The translations under genes were made by a program, and so were the position numbers. DNA of 64,000 bases from Alphaproteobacteria bacterium (GTDB taxonomy: Bacteria; Pseudomonadota; Alphaproteobacteria; Bin95). The notes beneath the pieces are model-generated. The model searched no databases and was not told the origin of the DNA. It worked only from the letters and a program-made list of their open reading frames with translations. Position 1 is the stretch's first letter; the number at the start of each line of letters is the position of its first letter. This document shows positions 53,124 through 63,078 of the stretch, piece after piece. The stretch is from contig CBDCQY010000001.1 of the NCBI GenBank assembly GCA_965220855.1, positions 2,098,279 through 2,162,278 on the forward strand, given 5' to 3'.

Positions 53124-54634
53124 GCGCGCGCCCGGCGGTCGCGCATGTCGCGACCGTCGCCTTCGACGGCATCGAGGTGCGCGAGGTCGATGTCCAGGTG
53201 CATCTCGGCAGCGGGCTTGCGGCCTTCCATGTCGTCGGGCTGCCGGACAAGGCCGTGGCGGAAAGCCGCGAGCGGGTGCGCGCGGCGCTTGCGGCCGTCG
53301 GCCTCGGCCTGCCGGCGGAGCGCATCACCGTCAATCTGGCCCCGGCGGACCTGCTGAAGGAAGGCAGCCATTTCGACCTGCCGATCGCGCTCGGCCTGCT
53401 GGCGGCGATGGGCGCGGTGCAGGGCGAGGATCTGGACGGCTATCTGGCGCTGGGCGAGCTCGGCCTGGACGGCGCGTTCACCGGCGTCGCCGGCGTGCTG
53501 TCGGCGGCCATGTCGGCGGTCGAGACCCGGCGGGGGCTGATCTGCCCGGCGGACAACGGCCCGGAAGCCGCCTGGGCGGGCGATCTGGAGGTGCTGGCGC
53601 CGAAGAGCCTGCTTGCGCTGCTGAACCATCTGCGCGGTCGCCAGCTGCTCGAACAGCCGGAGCCGGGCGAGGTCGGGGCCGAGAGCGACGGGCTCGACCT
53701 CGGCGACATCAAGGGGCAGGAGACCGCAAAGCGCGCGCTGGAGATCGCCGCCTCCGGCGGGCACAATCTGCTGATGTCCGGCCCGCCCGGAGCCGGCAAG
53801 TCGATGCTGGCGGCGCGCCTGCCCGGCCTGCTGCCGCCGCTGGACGCGCGCGAGGCGCTGGAGGTCTCGACGATCCACAGCGCCGCCGGCGGGCTGGAGA
53901 ACGGGCGCATCCTGCGCCAGCGCCCCTTCCGCGACCCGCATCACTCCTCCTCCATGACCGCCCTGGTGGGCGGCGGGCAGCGCATCTCGCCGGGCGAGGT
54001 GTCGCTGGCGCATCGCGGCGTGCTGTTCCTCGACGAGCTGCCGGAGTTCCAGCGCCCGGCTCTGGAGGCTTTGCGCCAGCCGCTGGAGGCCGGGCGGGTG
54101 GTGATCGCGCGCGCCAACCGCCATGTGACCTATCCGGCGCGCTTCCAGCTGATCGCGGCCATGAATCCCTGCCGCTGCGGCCATATCGACGAGCCGGACC
54201 GCGCCTGCAACCGCGCGCCGCGCTGCGCGGCCGACTATCGCCGCCGGCTCTCCGGCCCGCTGCTGGACCGCTTCGACCTGTTCGTCGATGTGCCGCGCGT
54301 GGCGGCCGCCGACCTCGCCTTGCCGCCGCCGGCGGAGACCAGCGGCATGGTCGCCGAGCGCGTCGCCCGGGCGCGCGAGCGGCAGACGGCGCGGCACGGG
54401 GCCGGCCTGCTCAATGCGCAGGTGGAGGGCGCGCGCCTGGCGGAGGTGGCGGGGCCGGACGATGGCGGGGCCGACCTGCTGCGCGCCGCCTCGGAGCGGC
54501 TGCGGCTCTCGGCGCGCGGCTATCACCGCGTGCTGCGCGTGGCGCGCACGCTGGCCGACATGGATGCGAAGGACCGGGTGGGCCGCCTCCACATCGCCGA
54601 GGCGCTGAGCTACCGTCAGGGACTGGCGGCCTGA
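53120..54634 (+). CDS. YifB/ComM-family Mg-chelatase-like AAA+ ATPase
   Basis: 504 aa; Lon-like N-domain then [11 protein letters not shown] Walker A; GTGA overlap with gshB stop. Confidence 0.85.
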   Translation: MSARPAVAHVATVAFDGIEVREVDVQVHLGSGLAAFHVVGLPDKAVAESRERVRAALAAVGLGLPAERITVNLAPADLLKEGSHFDLPIALGLLAAMGAVQGEDLDGYLALGELGLDGAFTGVAGVLSAAMSAVETRRGLICPADNGPEAAWAGDLEVLAPKSLLALLNHLRGRQLLEQPEPGEVGAESDGLDLGDIKGQETAKRALEIAASGGHNLLMSGPPGAGKSMLAARLPGLLPPLDAREALEVSTIHSAAGGLENGRILRQRPFRDPHHSSSMTALVGGGQRISPGEVSLAHRGVLFLDELPEFQRPALEALRQPLEAGRVVIARANRHVTYPARFQLIAAMNPCRCGHIDEPDRACNRAPRCAADYRRRLSGPLLDRFDLFVDVPRVAAADLALPPPAETSGMVAERVARARERQTARHGAGLLNAQVEGARLAEVAGPDDGGADLLRAASERLRLSARGYHRVLRVARTLADMDAKDRVGRLHIAEALSYRQGLAA

Positions 54635-55353
54635 TCCGCCGCCGCGCCCGCCCGCCCGAGCGGCTCCAGATAGAGCGGGTCGGCGAGCTCGATCGCCGGG
54701 CCGTTGCGATAGAACACCCAGCCGCGCACCCGCACGCGCCGTCCTTCGAGCGCGCCCCGGGGAAAGGCGCGGGAGAGGCGCCCGCGCCGCAGCAGCACGG
54801 TGAAGTCCTCCCGCCAGTCCTCGCCGAAATTGACGAAGCGATGCCGGAAGCCGCCCGCCGTCGCCAGCACCACGCCCTCGACGATGGCGAAGCGGTCGAG
54901 CGCGGAGCGCGCGCGCTCCGCCGGAACCGGCCGCGCCCCGTCGCGCCGCCAGAGGCCCGGCTCGGACCGCCGCGCCCGGCGCTCCAGCGCCAGCAGCGTC
55001 CGGGCGCGCTCCCGCGACACCAGCGGCGGGGCCACCACGGCCAGGCCGCGCGCCACCAGTTCGCGCTGCAGCCAGAGCGCGCCGGAGAAGACATGCGCGA
55101 GGCGCCGGCCATGCCGGTCGAGGCGCGGCTTCGCCGGCTCCAGGCGGAGTTCCGGCCGCGCCAGGAAGGCTTCGGTCCAGGCCTCGCCGCCCTCCAGCAG
55201 GCGGATGTCCGCCGGCAGGATGGCGGTCTCCGCGCCGCCGGCCGCCGGGGCCGCCGCCAGCGCCAGCAACAGCGCCGCCAGCAGGCGGCCGCGCCCGCGC
55301 TTCTGGCGGCCTCCGGCGGCGGCGGCTAATGTTGGGGCGATGGGCAAACGCAT
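54616..55353 (-). CDS. Thermonuclease (SNase-like) family secreted protein
   Basis: Start MRLPIAP with signal peptide (LLAALLLALAAAPAAG); staphylococcal-nuclease-like region. Confidence 0.55.
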   Translation of the reverse strand: MRLPIAPTLAAAAGGRQKRGRGRLLAALLLALAAAPAAGGAETAILPADIRLLEGGEAWTEAFLARPELRLEPAKPRLDRHGRRLAHVFSGALWLQRELVARGLAVVAPPLVSRERARTLLALERRARRSEPGLWRRDGARPVPAERARSALDRFAIVEGVVLATAGGFRHRFVNFGEDWREDFTVLLRRGRLSRAFPRGALEGRRVRVRGWVFYRNGPAIELADPLYLEPLGRAGAAADQAASP

Positions 55354-56308
55354 GGACCTCTTCCCGGCGATCGAGGCCGGACGCAGCGGCACATTGGCGC
55401 TGGATGGCGGGCATGTCATGTATTGGGAGGAAGCCGGCAACCCCGACGGGCTGCCGGTGCTGTTCCTGCATGGCGGGCCGGGGGCCGGCTGCACGCCGGC
55501 CTATCGGCGCTTCTTCGACCCGGCCGCCTATCGCATCCTGCTGTTCGACCAGCGCGGCGCCGGGCGCTCCACGCCGAGCGCCGAGACCCGCGACAACAGC
55601 ACGCAGCATCTGATCCGCGATATCGAGGCGCTGCGCCGCGCGCTCGGGGTGGACTGCTGGCTGGTCTTCGGCGGCTCATGGGGCAGCACGCTGGCGCTCG
55701 CCTATGGCGAGGCGCATCCCGAACGGTGTCTCGGCTTCATCCTGCGCGGCGTCTTTCTGGGCCGCTCGCGCGAGGTGGACTGGTTCCTGCACGGCATGGG
55801 CCGCTTCTTTCCCGAGGCGCGGCGCGACTTCCTCGCGCCCATCCCGGAGGCCGAACGCGGCCCCGGCCTGCTGGCCGCCTATCGCCGCCGCCTGATGGAC
55901 CCCGACCCCCGCGTGCATCTGCCGGCGGCGCGCGCCTGGTCGCGCTATGAGAGCGCCTGTTCGGCCCTGCGTCCGGGGCCGGTCGATATCGCCGCCGCCA
56001 CCGGCGACCGGGCGGCGCTCGCGCTGGCCCGCCTGGAAGCGCATTACTTCGCGAACCGGCTGTTCCTGCGCGACAACCAGCTGCTGGACGAGCTGGATCG
56101 CATCCGGGGCCTGCCGGCGACCATCGTGCAGGGGCGCTACGATGTCGTCTGCCCGATCGCGACCGCGGACGAACTGGCCCGCGCCTGGCCCGGCGCCGAT
56201 TATGTCGTGGCGCCGGAAGCCGGCCATTCGGCGATGGAATACGGCGTACGCGCCGCCCTGGTCGCCGCCACCGAGCGCATGAAATACCGCCTGGAGGCGG
56301 CCGCCTGA
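55340..56308 (+). CDS. pip: Prolyl aminopeptidase (proline iminopeptidase)
   Basis: MGKRMDLFPAIE...; alpha/beta hydrolase with GGSWGSTLAL nucleophile motif; start could also be ATG 55352. Confidence 0.85.
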   Translation: MGKRMDLFPAIEAGRSGTLALDGGHVMYWEEAGNPDGLPVLFLHGGPGAGCTPAYRRFFDPAAYRILLFDQRGAGRSTPSAETRDNSTQHLIRDIEALRRALGVDCWLVFGGSWGSTLALAYGEAHPERCLGFILRGVFLGRSREVDWFLHGMGRFFPEARRDFLAPIPEAERGPGLLAAYRRRLMDPDPRVHLPAARAWSRYESACSALRPGPVDIAAATGDRAALALARLEAHYFANRLFLRDNQLLDELDRIRGLPATIVQGRYDVVCPIATADELARAWPGADYVVAPEAGHSAMEYGVRAALVAATERMKYRLEAAA

Positions 56309-56327
56309 CCGGCGCGCCGCCGGCGGA

Positions 56328-56735
56328 TCAATGGTCCGCCGGCAGTTCCGCCAGTTCGATCAGCAGGCCGTCGGTCGCCGCCGGGTCGAGGAAGGCGATG
56401 CGGCTGCCGCCATGGCCGGTGCGCGGCGCGCGGTCGATCAGCGCCACGCCCTTTTGCTTCAGTTCCGCCAGCGCGGCGTCGATGTCATCGACCTCGAAGC
56501 AGAGATGGTAGAGGCCCTCGCCGCGCTCGGCGATCCAGTCCTGCACCTGCGAGGCCGGGCCTTCGGCCTGCAGCAGCTCCAGGCTGGTCTCGCCCACCGG
56601 ATACATGGCGAGCCGCGTGTCGCCGATGCGCTCCTCATAGTCCAGCTCGAGATCGAGCGTCTCCTCCAGCATCTTCATCGCCTTTTGCATGTCGCGCACC
56701 GCGATGGCGACATGTTCCACTCGCTTCAGTTTCAT
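56328..56735 (-). CDS. Methylmalonyl-CoA epimerase (VOC family)
   Basis: 135 aa; VEHVAIAVRDMQKAMKML...LYHLCFEVDDI typical of MCE. Confidence 0.75.
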   Translation of the reverse strand: MKLKRVEHVAIAVRDMQKAMKMLEETLDLELDYEERIGDTRLAMYPVGETSLELLQAEGPASQVQDWIAERGEGLYHLCFEVDDIDAALAELKQKGVALIDRAPRTGHGGSRIAFLDPAATDGLLIELAELPADH

Positions 56736-56824
56736 GCTTTGCTCGCTCCGCTCGTTCGGGATCGCTTCCGGCAGACATGTTTTTCCGCCAGTCCGGTCAT
56801 TACAAGACCGATTACCGCGCCGAC

Positions 56825-57844
56825 ATGAGTCTGTTCCCGACGCCGGGCGCGCGTCGGGCGGTCCAGGCGGCGGCCTTGCTGCTGTTCGCGGCGGCGCCGC
56901 TGCTCGCCAGCGACTATCTGCTCGCCGTGCTGACGCTGAACGCGATCAACCTGGTGGGCGCGCTCGGCATCACCATCCTGCTCGGCTATGCCGGCCAGAT
57001 CTCGCTCGGGCACGGCGCCTTCATGTCGGTCGGCGCCTACACCGCCGCCAATCTCGCCACGCGGCTGGACCTGCCCTTCTGGCTCACTTTGCCGTCCGGG
57101 GCGGCGCTGGCGGCGCTGATCGGCATCGTGGTCGGCCTGCCGTCGCTGCGCATTCGCGGCTTCTATCTGGCGATCGCCACGCTGGCCGCGCAGCTGGTGA
57201 TCGAGTGGATCATCAACCGCACGCCGGCGATCAGCGGCGGCGTCCAGGCCTCGATCCATGTGCCGCGCCCGGAGCTGTTCGGCCTCCGCCTGGACAGCCC
57301 GCCGGAGCTTTATCTGATGGTGATGGCGGTGGCGTTCGCGGGCTTGCTCGGGGCGCTCAATCTGGGGCGGTCGCGGCTCGGGCGGGCGATGGTGGCGGTG
57401 CGCGAGCATGAGACCGCGGCCGCCGCCATGGGCGTGGATGTGGCCCGGGTGAAGCTCGCCGCGTTCGCCCTCTCGGCCGGCTACGGAGGCGCGGCGGGGG
57501 TGCTGTTCACCTACTATCTGGGCGTCGCCAACTATCAGCAGTTCACCTTCTCGATCTCCATCTACTATCTGGCCGTCAACATCATCGGCGGGCTCGGCAG
57601 CGTCTGGGGCGCGGTGCTCGGCCTCGCCTTTCTCAGCCTCGCGCCGCGCTTCGTCTTTCTGGCCATGACCACCGTCGGCGCCTGGTTCGTGGACCTCGCC
57701 TATATGGCGCAGGCGGTGGCCCAGGTCCGCCAGATGACCTTCGGCCTGCTGATCCTCGCCTTCCTGGTGCTGGAGCCGGAGGGGCTGCTGGCGCTCTGGC
57801 GGCGGCTGCGCAACTGGCTCCGGACCTGGCCCTTCTCCTACTGA
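56825..57844 (+). CDS. Branched-chain amino acid ABC transporter permease (LivM-type), orphan
   Basis: ~340 aa LivM/LivH-like TM protein; no adjacent ATPase or SBP genes. Confidence 0.7.
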   Translation: MSLFPTPGARRAVQAAALLLFAAAPLLASDYLLAVLTLNAINLVGALGITILLGYAGQISLGHGAFMSVGAYTAANLATRLDLPFWLTLPSGAALAALIGIVVGLPSLRIRGFYLAIATLAAQLVIEWIINRTPAISGGVQASIHVPRPELFGLRLDSPPELYLMVMAVAFAGLLGALNLGRSRLGRAMVAVREHETAAAAMGVDVARVKLAAFALSAGYGGAAGVLFTYYLGVANYQQFTFSISIYYLAVNIIGGLGSVWGAVLGLAFLSLAPRFVFLAMTTVGAWFVDLAYMAQAVAQVRQMTFGLLILAFLVLEPEGLLALWRRLRNWLRTWPFSY

Positions 57845-59034
57845 GCGCCGAGACAGTCGGCCAGGTCGCGCGCCAGCCCCTCGATCAGCGCCGGATAGAG
57901 GCCGGGTCCCGGCTCCAGCAGCGAGCCGACCGGGTCGAGCGTGGCGATGCGCGCGCCGCTGCCTTCCGCCGCCGTGCGCACCAGCTTCGGGTCCAGCTGC
58001 GGCTCGATGAACACGCAGGCCGCGCCCCGGTCCCGGATCGTGTCGCGGATGCGCCGCAACTGCGCCGGGCCGGGGGTCGCCGCGTCGCCGAGCGCCACGG
58101 AGCCGGCCGACTCGAAGTCGAAGCGATGCTCGAAATAGGCGTAGGCGTCATGCGCGGTCACGAAGGCCTTGCCGCGCAACGGCCCCAGCAGCGCCTCCGC
58201 CCGCCCCGATGCGGCGTCGATCTCGGCCGCGCCGGCGGCGGCGTTGGCGGCGTAGCGGGCCGCATTGTCGGGATCGACCCTCGAGAGCGCGCCGGCGATC
58301 GCCGACAGCATGGCCTTCGCATTCGCCGGGTCGAGCCAGATATGCGGGTCGTAGTCGCCATGGTCATGATCGCGATGGGCGTGCTTGCGGTCGTCGTCGT
58401 CGTCATGCTTGTGATCGTCGTCGTCGTGCCTGCGGTCGTGGTCGTCGTCATCGTGCTTGTGATCGTCATCGTGCCTGTGATCGTCGTCGTTATCGTGCCT
58501 GTGATCGTCGTCGTTATCGTGCTTGTGATCGTCGTCGTCATCGTGCTTGTGATCGTCGTCGTCATGCTTGTGATCGTCGTCGTCGTCGTCATGCTTGTGA
58601 TCGTCATCGTCATGCTTGTGATCGTCGTCGTGCCTGCGGTCGTCGTCTCTGGCGTGATCGTCATCATGGTCGCGATCGCGATGGTCGTCGTCGCCATAGG
58701 CGAGCCGGGTAACGCCCGGCGCTTCCATGAGTTCGACCCTGAGCGCGGCCCTGGCGAGGCTCTCCAGCGGGTGATCCAGCCAGGGGGTGAGATACTCTCC
58801 GACCCAGAACACCAGCTGCGCCTCCGACAGCATGCGCGCCGTCGAGGGGCGCATGGCGTAATCGTGAGGGTCGGCGCCGGGCGGCAGGATCAGCTCCGGC
58901 TCCCCGACGCCTTGCATCGCCCGGGCGACGAGGGAATGCACCGGCGCGATATCCGCCGCCACCCGGGGCGCGGCGGAGGCGGGCTGCATGGCCAGCGAGG
59001 CGAGAACGGCGACGGCCGGCAGAAGCGGTCTCAT
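57838..59034 (-). CDS. znuA: Zinc ABC transporter substrate-binding protein ZnuA with ~150-aa Asp/His-rich repeat insertion
   Basis: Start MRPLLPAVAVLASLA (signal peptide) at 59034 with GGAGA RBS; ZnuA core; (DDDDHKHD)n repeats. Confidence 0.85.
   Translation of the reverse strand: MRPLLPAVAVLASLAMQPASAAPRVAADIAPVHSLVARAMQGVGEPELILPPGADPHDYAMRPSTARMLSEAQLVFWVGEYLTPWLDHPLESLARAALRVELMEAPGVTRLAYGDDDHRDRDHDDDHARDDDRRHDDDHKHDDDDHKHDDDDDDHKHDDDDHKHDDDDDHKHDNDDDHRHDNDDDHRHDDDHKHDDDDHDRRHDDDDHKHDDDDDRKHAHRDHDHGDYDPHIWLDPANAKAMLSAIAGALSRVDPDNAARYAANAAAGAAEIDAASGRAEALLGPLRGKAFVTAHDAYAYFEHRFDFESAGSVALGDAATPGPAQLRRIRDTIRDRGAACVFIEPQLDPKLVRTAAEGSGARIATLDPVGSLLEPGPGLYPALIEGLARDLADCLGAQ
58360..58700. repeat. 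In-frame tandem ~24-nt repeats (≈10 copies) encoding DDDDHKHD-type units inside znuA
   Basis: Repeated gtgcttgtgatcgtcgtcgtcatc-type units visible in the sequence. Confidence 0.8.
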
Positions 59035-59148
59035 GGGAAGCGGTCTCCGATAGCGATGCGCGCGGGGGGTGCGTCGTTTGCGTGATAGTATTACATAGCG
59101 GTGCAGCGATACAAGGAACGCAAGGGCGTTTCCGGTCGGGGGCGGGAC

Positions 59149-59649
59149 ATGGCGACAGCGGACGGCGGGGGCCCCGTAGCCGGCGGGCACGACCATGAGA
59201 TCTGTGTCCGGCGGGCGATCGCCGAAGCCGAAAGCGCGGCCGGCGAGCCGGGCGTCAACTTCACGCCGGTGCGCCGCCGCGCGCTGGAGATCCTGCTGGA
59301 GAGCCATGCCGCGATGCCGGCCTACCGCCTGCTGGAGCGCCTGGCGGCGGAGGGCTTCGGCTCCCAGCCGCCGGTCGTCTATCGGGCGCTCGACTTCCTG
59401 ATGGACAATGGCTTCGCGCATCGCATCGAGCGGCTGAACGCCTTTGTCGCTTGCGCCTGGCCGCGCGAGGCGCATGCCCCGGCCTTCATGATCTGCCGCC
59501 GCTGCCGCAACGTCGCCGAGACGCGCGCCGAGCCGGCCTCGGGCGCGCTCGAGCGGGACGCCGAATCGATCGGCTTCCGGGTCGAGCGGGCGGTGGTGGA
59601 AGCCGAAGGGCTCTGCCGCGACTGCGCCGGGAGCCGGGCCGCCTGCTGA
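59149..59649 (+). CDS. zur: Zinc uptake regulator (Fur family)
   Basis: Start MATADGG; Fur-family fold with CxxC...CxxC (CRRCRN...CRDC). Confidence 0.8.
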   Translation: MATADGGGPVAGGHDHEICVRRAIAEAESAAGEPGVNFTPVRRRALEILLESHAAMPAYRLLERLAAEGFGSQPPVVYRALDFLMDNGFAHRIERLNAFVACAWPREAHAPAFMICRRCRNVAETRAEPASGALERDAESIGFRVERAVVEAEGLCRDCAGSRAAC

Positions 59650-60446
59650 TGCTCGACGACTTTCTGGTGCGGGCCGGCCTCGCCGCCATCGGCGTGGCGC
59701 TGGCCGCCGGGCCGCTCGGCTGCTTCGTGGTCTGGCGCCGGCTCGCCTATTTCGGCGATGCGACCGCGCACGCGGCCGTGCTCGGGGTCGCGCTCTCGCT
59801 CGCCTTCTCGATCTCGACCGTCATCGGCGTGCTGGTGGCCGCGGCCGCCATGGCGCTCACCGTCTCAACGCTCTCCGGGCGCGGACTCGCCATGGACACG
59901 CTGCTGGGCGTCGCGGCGCATGCCGGCCTGGCGGCCGGTCTGGTGGCGGTGTCGCTGGTGTCGCCGCGCGGCCTCGACATCGAGTCTTACCTGTTCGGCG
60001 AGCTGCTGGCGGTGACGCGCGCGGACCTGGCGGTGATCTGGTGCGGGGCGGGCCTGGTCGGCGCCCTCATTCTCGGGCGCTGGCGGGCGCTGCTGACGGC
60101 GACGCTCAGCCCCGAGCTCGCGCGCGGCGACGGCATCGATCCCCGGCGCGAGCAGCTGGTGCTGACGATCTGTCTGGCGGTCGTCGTCGCGGTCGCGATC
60201 AAGGTGGTGGGCGCGCTGCTGATCACCGCGATGCTCATCATCCCGCCCGCGGCCGCCAGGCCCTTCGCGCGCTCGCCGGAAGGCATGGCGGTCTGGGCGG
60301 CGCTGCTGGGCGTGGCTTCGGTCGCGGCCGGCCTCGCGGCTTCCTGGCGCTGGGACACGCCCACCGGCCCCACCATCGTGGCGCTCGCCGCGCTGCTGTT
60401 CGTGCTTGCCTGGAGCCTGGGCGCGCTTCGCCGGAGAGCCGGTTAG
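59649..60446 (+). CDS. znuB: Zinc ABC transporter permease
   Basis: ATG overlaps zur TGA (TGATG); ZnuB-like TM protein. Confidence 0.85.
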   Translation: MLDDFLVRAGLAAIGVALAAGPLGCFVVWRRLAYFGDATAHAAVLGVALSLAFSISTVIGVLVAAAAMALTVSTLSGRGLAMDTLLGVAAHAGLAAGLVAVSLVSPRGLDIESYLFGELLAVTRADLAVIWCGAGLVGALILGRWRALLTATLSPELARGDGIDPRREQLVLTICLAVVVAVAIKVVGALLITAMLIIPPAAARPFARSPEGMAVWAALLGVASVAAGLAASWRWDTPTGPTIVALAALLFVLAWSLGALRRRAG

Positions 60447-61216
60447 TGCGTGATCACCTCGCCGGCGAGGCCATGTTCATGGTCGTGCCGGTGGCTGTAG
60501 AGCGCGACCGAGGCGGCCAGCTCCTCGCCGAACAGCGCGACGAAGGCCGGATTGTTGACCACCGAATGCGGCCGGCCCGAGCAGCAGACATGGTGGTTGA
60601 GGCAGACCACCAGGTCGGTCCGCGACATGACCAGCTGCAGGTCGTGGGAGATCAGCAGCACGCCGCAGCCACGCGCCACGCGAATCCGGTCGATCAGGTC
60701 GTAGAGCGCCGCCTGGCCCGCAAGATCGACGCTGCCGAGCGGCTCGTCCAGCACCAGCAGGTCGGGCTCGCGCAACAGCGCCCGGGCGAGCAGCACGCGG
60801 TTGAACTCGCCGCCGGAGAGCGACGCCATCGGGGCGTCGAGCGCGCCGTCCATGCCGGTCTCGCGGAGCGCCTCCGCCAGCCGGCCGCCGCGCCGCGTTC
60901 CGAGGCGCAGGAAGCGCTCGACGGTGATCGGCAGGTTGGGGCCGAATTCGAGCCGCTGCGGCGTGTAGCCGATGCGCAGGCCCGGCCGCCGCCACACGCG
61001 GCCGGAATCGACCGGCACGAAGCCCAGCAGCGCGCGCAACAGCGTGGTCTTGCCGGCTCCGTTGGCGCCCACCACCGTCACCACCTCGCCCTGCTTCACC
61101 TCGATATCGACGCGGTCGAGAATCCGGCGCCCGCCGAGGTCGAGACTGAGCTCCCGTCCGCTGACCAGCATTCCGTCCTGTGCCGCCGGGGGGCTGTCGA
61201 TCATCATCGCGGCCAT
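60443..61216 (-). CDS. znuC: Zinc ABC transporter ATP-binding protein
   Basis: [11 protein letters not shown] Walker [10 protein letters not shown] signature; His-rich C-terminus (HRHDHEH). Confidence 0.85.
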   Translation of the reverse strand: MAAMMIDSPPAAQDGMLVSGRELSLDLGGRRILDRVDIEVKQGEVVTVVGANGAGKTTLLRALLGFVPVDSGRVWRRPGLRIGYTPQRLEFGPNLPITVERFLRLGTRRGGRLAEALRETGMDGALDAPMASLSGGEFNRVLLARALLREPDLLVLDEPLGSVDLAGQAALYDLIDRIRVARGCGVLLISHDLQLVMSRTDLVVCLNHHVCCSGRPHSVVNNPAFVALFGEELAASVALYSHRHDHEHGLAGEVITH

Positions 61217-61332
61217 CGGCCCAGCATAGGCGAGGCGGGTCGAATCGCAAACGCTTGGCCGGCGATTTGCGCCCGAAGCGCGCCCTTGCCATGCTGATGC
61301 CTCCGTCCCCCTCGCGAGGAGCGCCCGCGCCC

Positions 61333-63006
61333 ATGGCCAAGACCGACATCGAGATCGCCCGCGAAGCGGTGCTGCGCCCGATCGGCGAGATCGGCGAGCG
61401 TCTCGGCATCCCCGACAGCGCCCTGGTCCCCTTCGGCCGCGACAAGGCCAAGGTCACCGCCGACCATATCGCCGGGCTGGCCGACCGGCCCGACGGCAAG
61501 CTCATCCTGGTCACCGCCATGACGCCGACCCCGGCCGGGGAGGGCAAGACCACCACCACCGTCGGCCTCGGCGACGGGCTGAACCGAATCGGCAAGAACG
61601 CCGTGATCTGCCTGCGCGAACCCTCGCTCGGCCCCTGTTTCGGCATGAAGGGCGGCGCGGCCGGCGGCGGCTACGCCCAGGTGGTGCCGATGGAGGACAT
61701 CAACCTCCACTTCACCGGCGACATGCACGCCATCGGCGCGGCCCACAATCTGCTCGCCGCCATGACCGACAACCACATCTACTGGGGCAACGGCCAGGAG
61801 CTGGATGCGCGCCGCGTCGCCTGGCGCCGGGTGGTCGATATGAACGACCGGGCGCTCCGCGACATCGCGGTGTCGCTCGGCGGCGTCGCCAACGGCTTCC
61901 CGCGCCAGACCGGCTACGACATCACCGTCGCCTCCGAGATCATGGCGATTCTCTGCCTCGCCTCGGATCGTCCCGACCTCCAGCGCCGCCTCGGCCAGAT
62001 CGTCGTCGGCGGACGGCGCGACCAGTCGCCGGTCAGCGCCCGCGACCTGAAGGCGGACGGCGCCATGACCGTGCTGCTCAAGGATGCGCTGCAACCCAAT
62101 CTGGTGCAGACGCTGGAGGGCAATCCCGCCTTCGTGCATGGCGGCCCGTTCGCCAATATCGCCCATGGCTGCAACAGCGTCGCGGCGACGCGCGCCGCGC
62201 TCAAGCTCGGCGATTATGTGGTGACCGAGGCGGGCTTCGGCGCGGACCTCGGCGCGGAGAAGTTCTTCGACATCAAATGCCGCAAGGCGGGGCTCAGGCC
62301 GGACGCGGTGGTTCTGGTCGCCACGGTGCGGGCGCTCAAGATGCATGGCGGCGTGGCGCGCGACGCGCTGGCGACAGAGAACATCGCCGCGGTCGAGCGC
62401 GGTTTCGCCAATCTCGCCCGCCATCTCGACAATCTGGTGAAGTTCGGCGCGCCGGTCGCGATCGCCGTCAACCGCTTCACCGCCGACACCGAGGGCGAGA
62501 TTGCGGCCGTGACGCGGCTCGCGGCCGAGCGCGGCGCAAGCGCGCATGTCTGCACCCATTGGGCGGATGGCGGCGCCGGGACCGAGAGCCTGGCGGAGGC
62601 GGTCGTCCGGCTCGCCGACAGCGGCGACGCCGATTTCGCCCCGCTCTATCCCGACGGCCTGCTGCTCTGGGAGAAGATCGAGACCGTGGCGCGCGAGATC
62701 TACCGCGCGGACGGCGCGGAAGCCCCGCCCCGGGTGCGCGACCAGCTGGCGCGTTTCGAGTCGGACGGTTTCGGCCACGTCCCGGTCTGCATGGCGAAGA
62801 CGCAATACAGCTTTTCCGCCGACCCGACGCTGCGCGGCGCTCCGGAGGGCTACAGCATTCCGGTGCGCGAGGTGCGCCTCGCGGCCGGGGCGGAGTTCGT
62901 GGTCGCGATCTGCGGCGATGTCATGACCATGCCGGGCCTGCCGCGCACACCGGCGGCGGAGGCCATCGGCCTCGACGAGAAGGGAGAGGTGGTCGGCCTG
63001 TTCTGA
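61333..63006 (+). CDS. fhs: Formate-tetrahydrofolate ligase
   Basis: 557 aa; start [12 protein letters not shown]; [13 protein letters not shown]-loop. Confidence 0.9.
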   Translation: MAKTDIEIAREAVLRPIGEIGERLGIPDSALVPFGRDKAKVTADHIAGLADRPDGKLILVTAMTPTPAGEGKTTTTVGLGDGLNRIGKNAVICLREPSLGPCFGMKGGAAGGGYAQVVPMEDINLHFTGDMHAIGAAHNLLAAMTDNHIYWGNGQELDARRVAWRRVVDMNDRALRDIAVSLGGVANGFPRQTGYDITVASEIMAILCLASDRPDLQRRLGQIVVGGRRDQSPVSARDLKADGAMTVLLKDALQPNLVQTLEGNPAFVHGGPFANIAHGCNSVAATRAALKLGDYVVTEAGFGADLGAEKFFDIKCRKAGLRPDAVVLVATVRALKMHGGVARDALATENIAAVERGFANLARHLDNLVKFGAPVAIAVNRFTADTEGEIAAVTRLAAERGASAHVCTHWADGGAGTESLAEAVVRLADSGDADFAPLYPDGLLLWEKIETVAREIYRADGAEAPPRVRDQLARFESDGFGHVPVCMAKTQYSFSADPTLRGAPEGYSIPVREVRLAAGAEFVVAICGDVMTMPGLPRTPAAEAIGLDEKGEVVGLF

Positions 63007-63078
63007 CGCTGCGAGACGGGACTTGCCGGCCGGCGGCCCGGCCGCCATGTTGCGCCGGACCTATCGGAAGAGAGTTGC

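Noticed and set aside
58158-58712. Short ORFs inside the znuA repeat region on both strands (Thr/Met-rich or Arg-rich)
   Set aside because: Produced by the tandem repeat itself. The znuA frame gives a coherent D/H-rich loop within a ZnuA fold.
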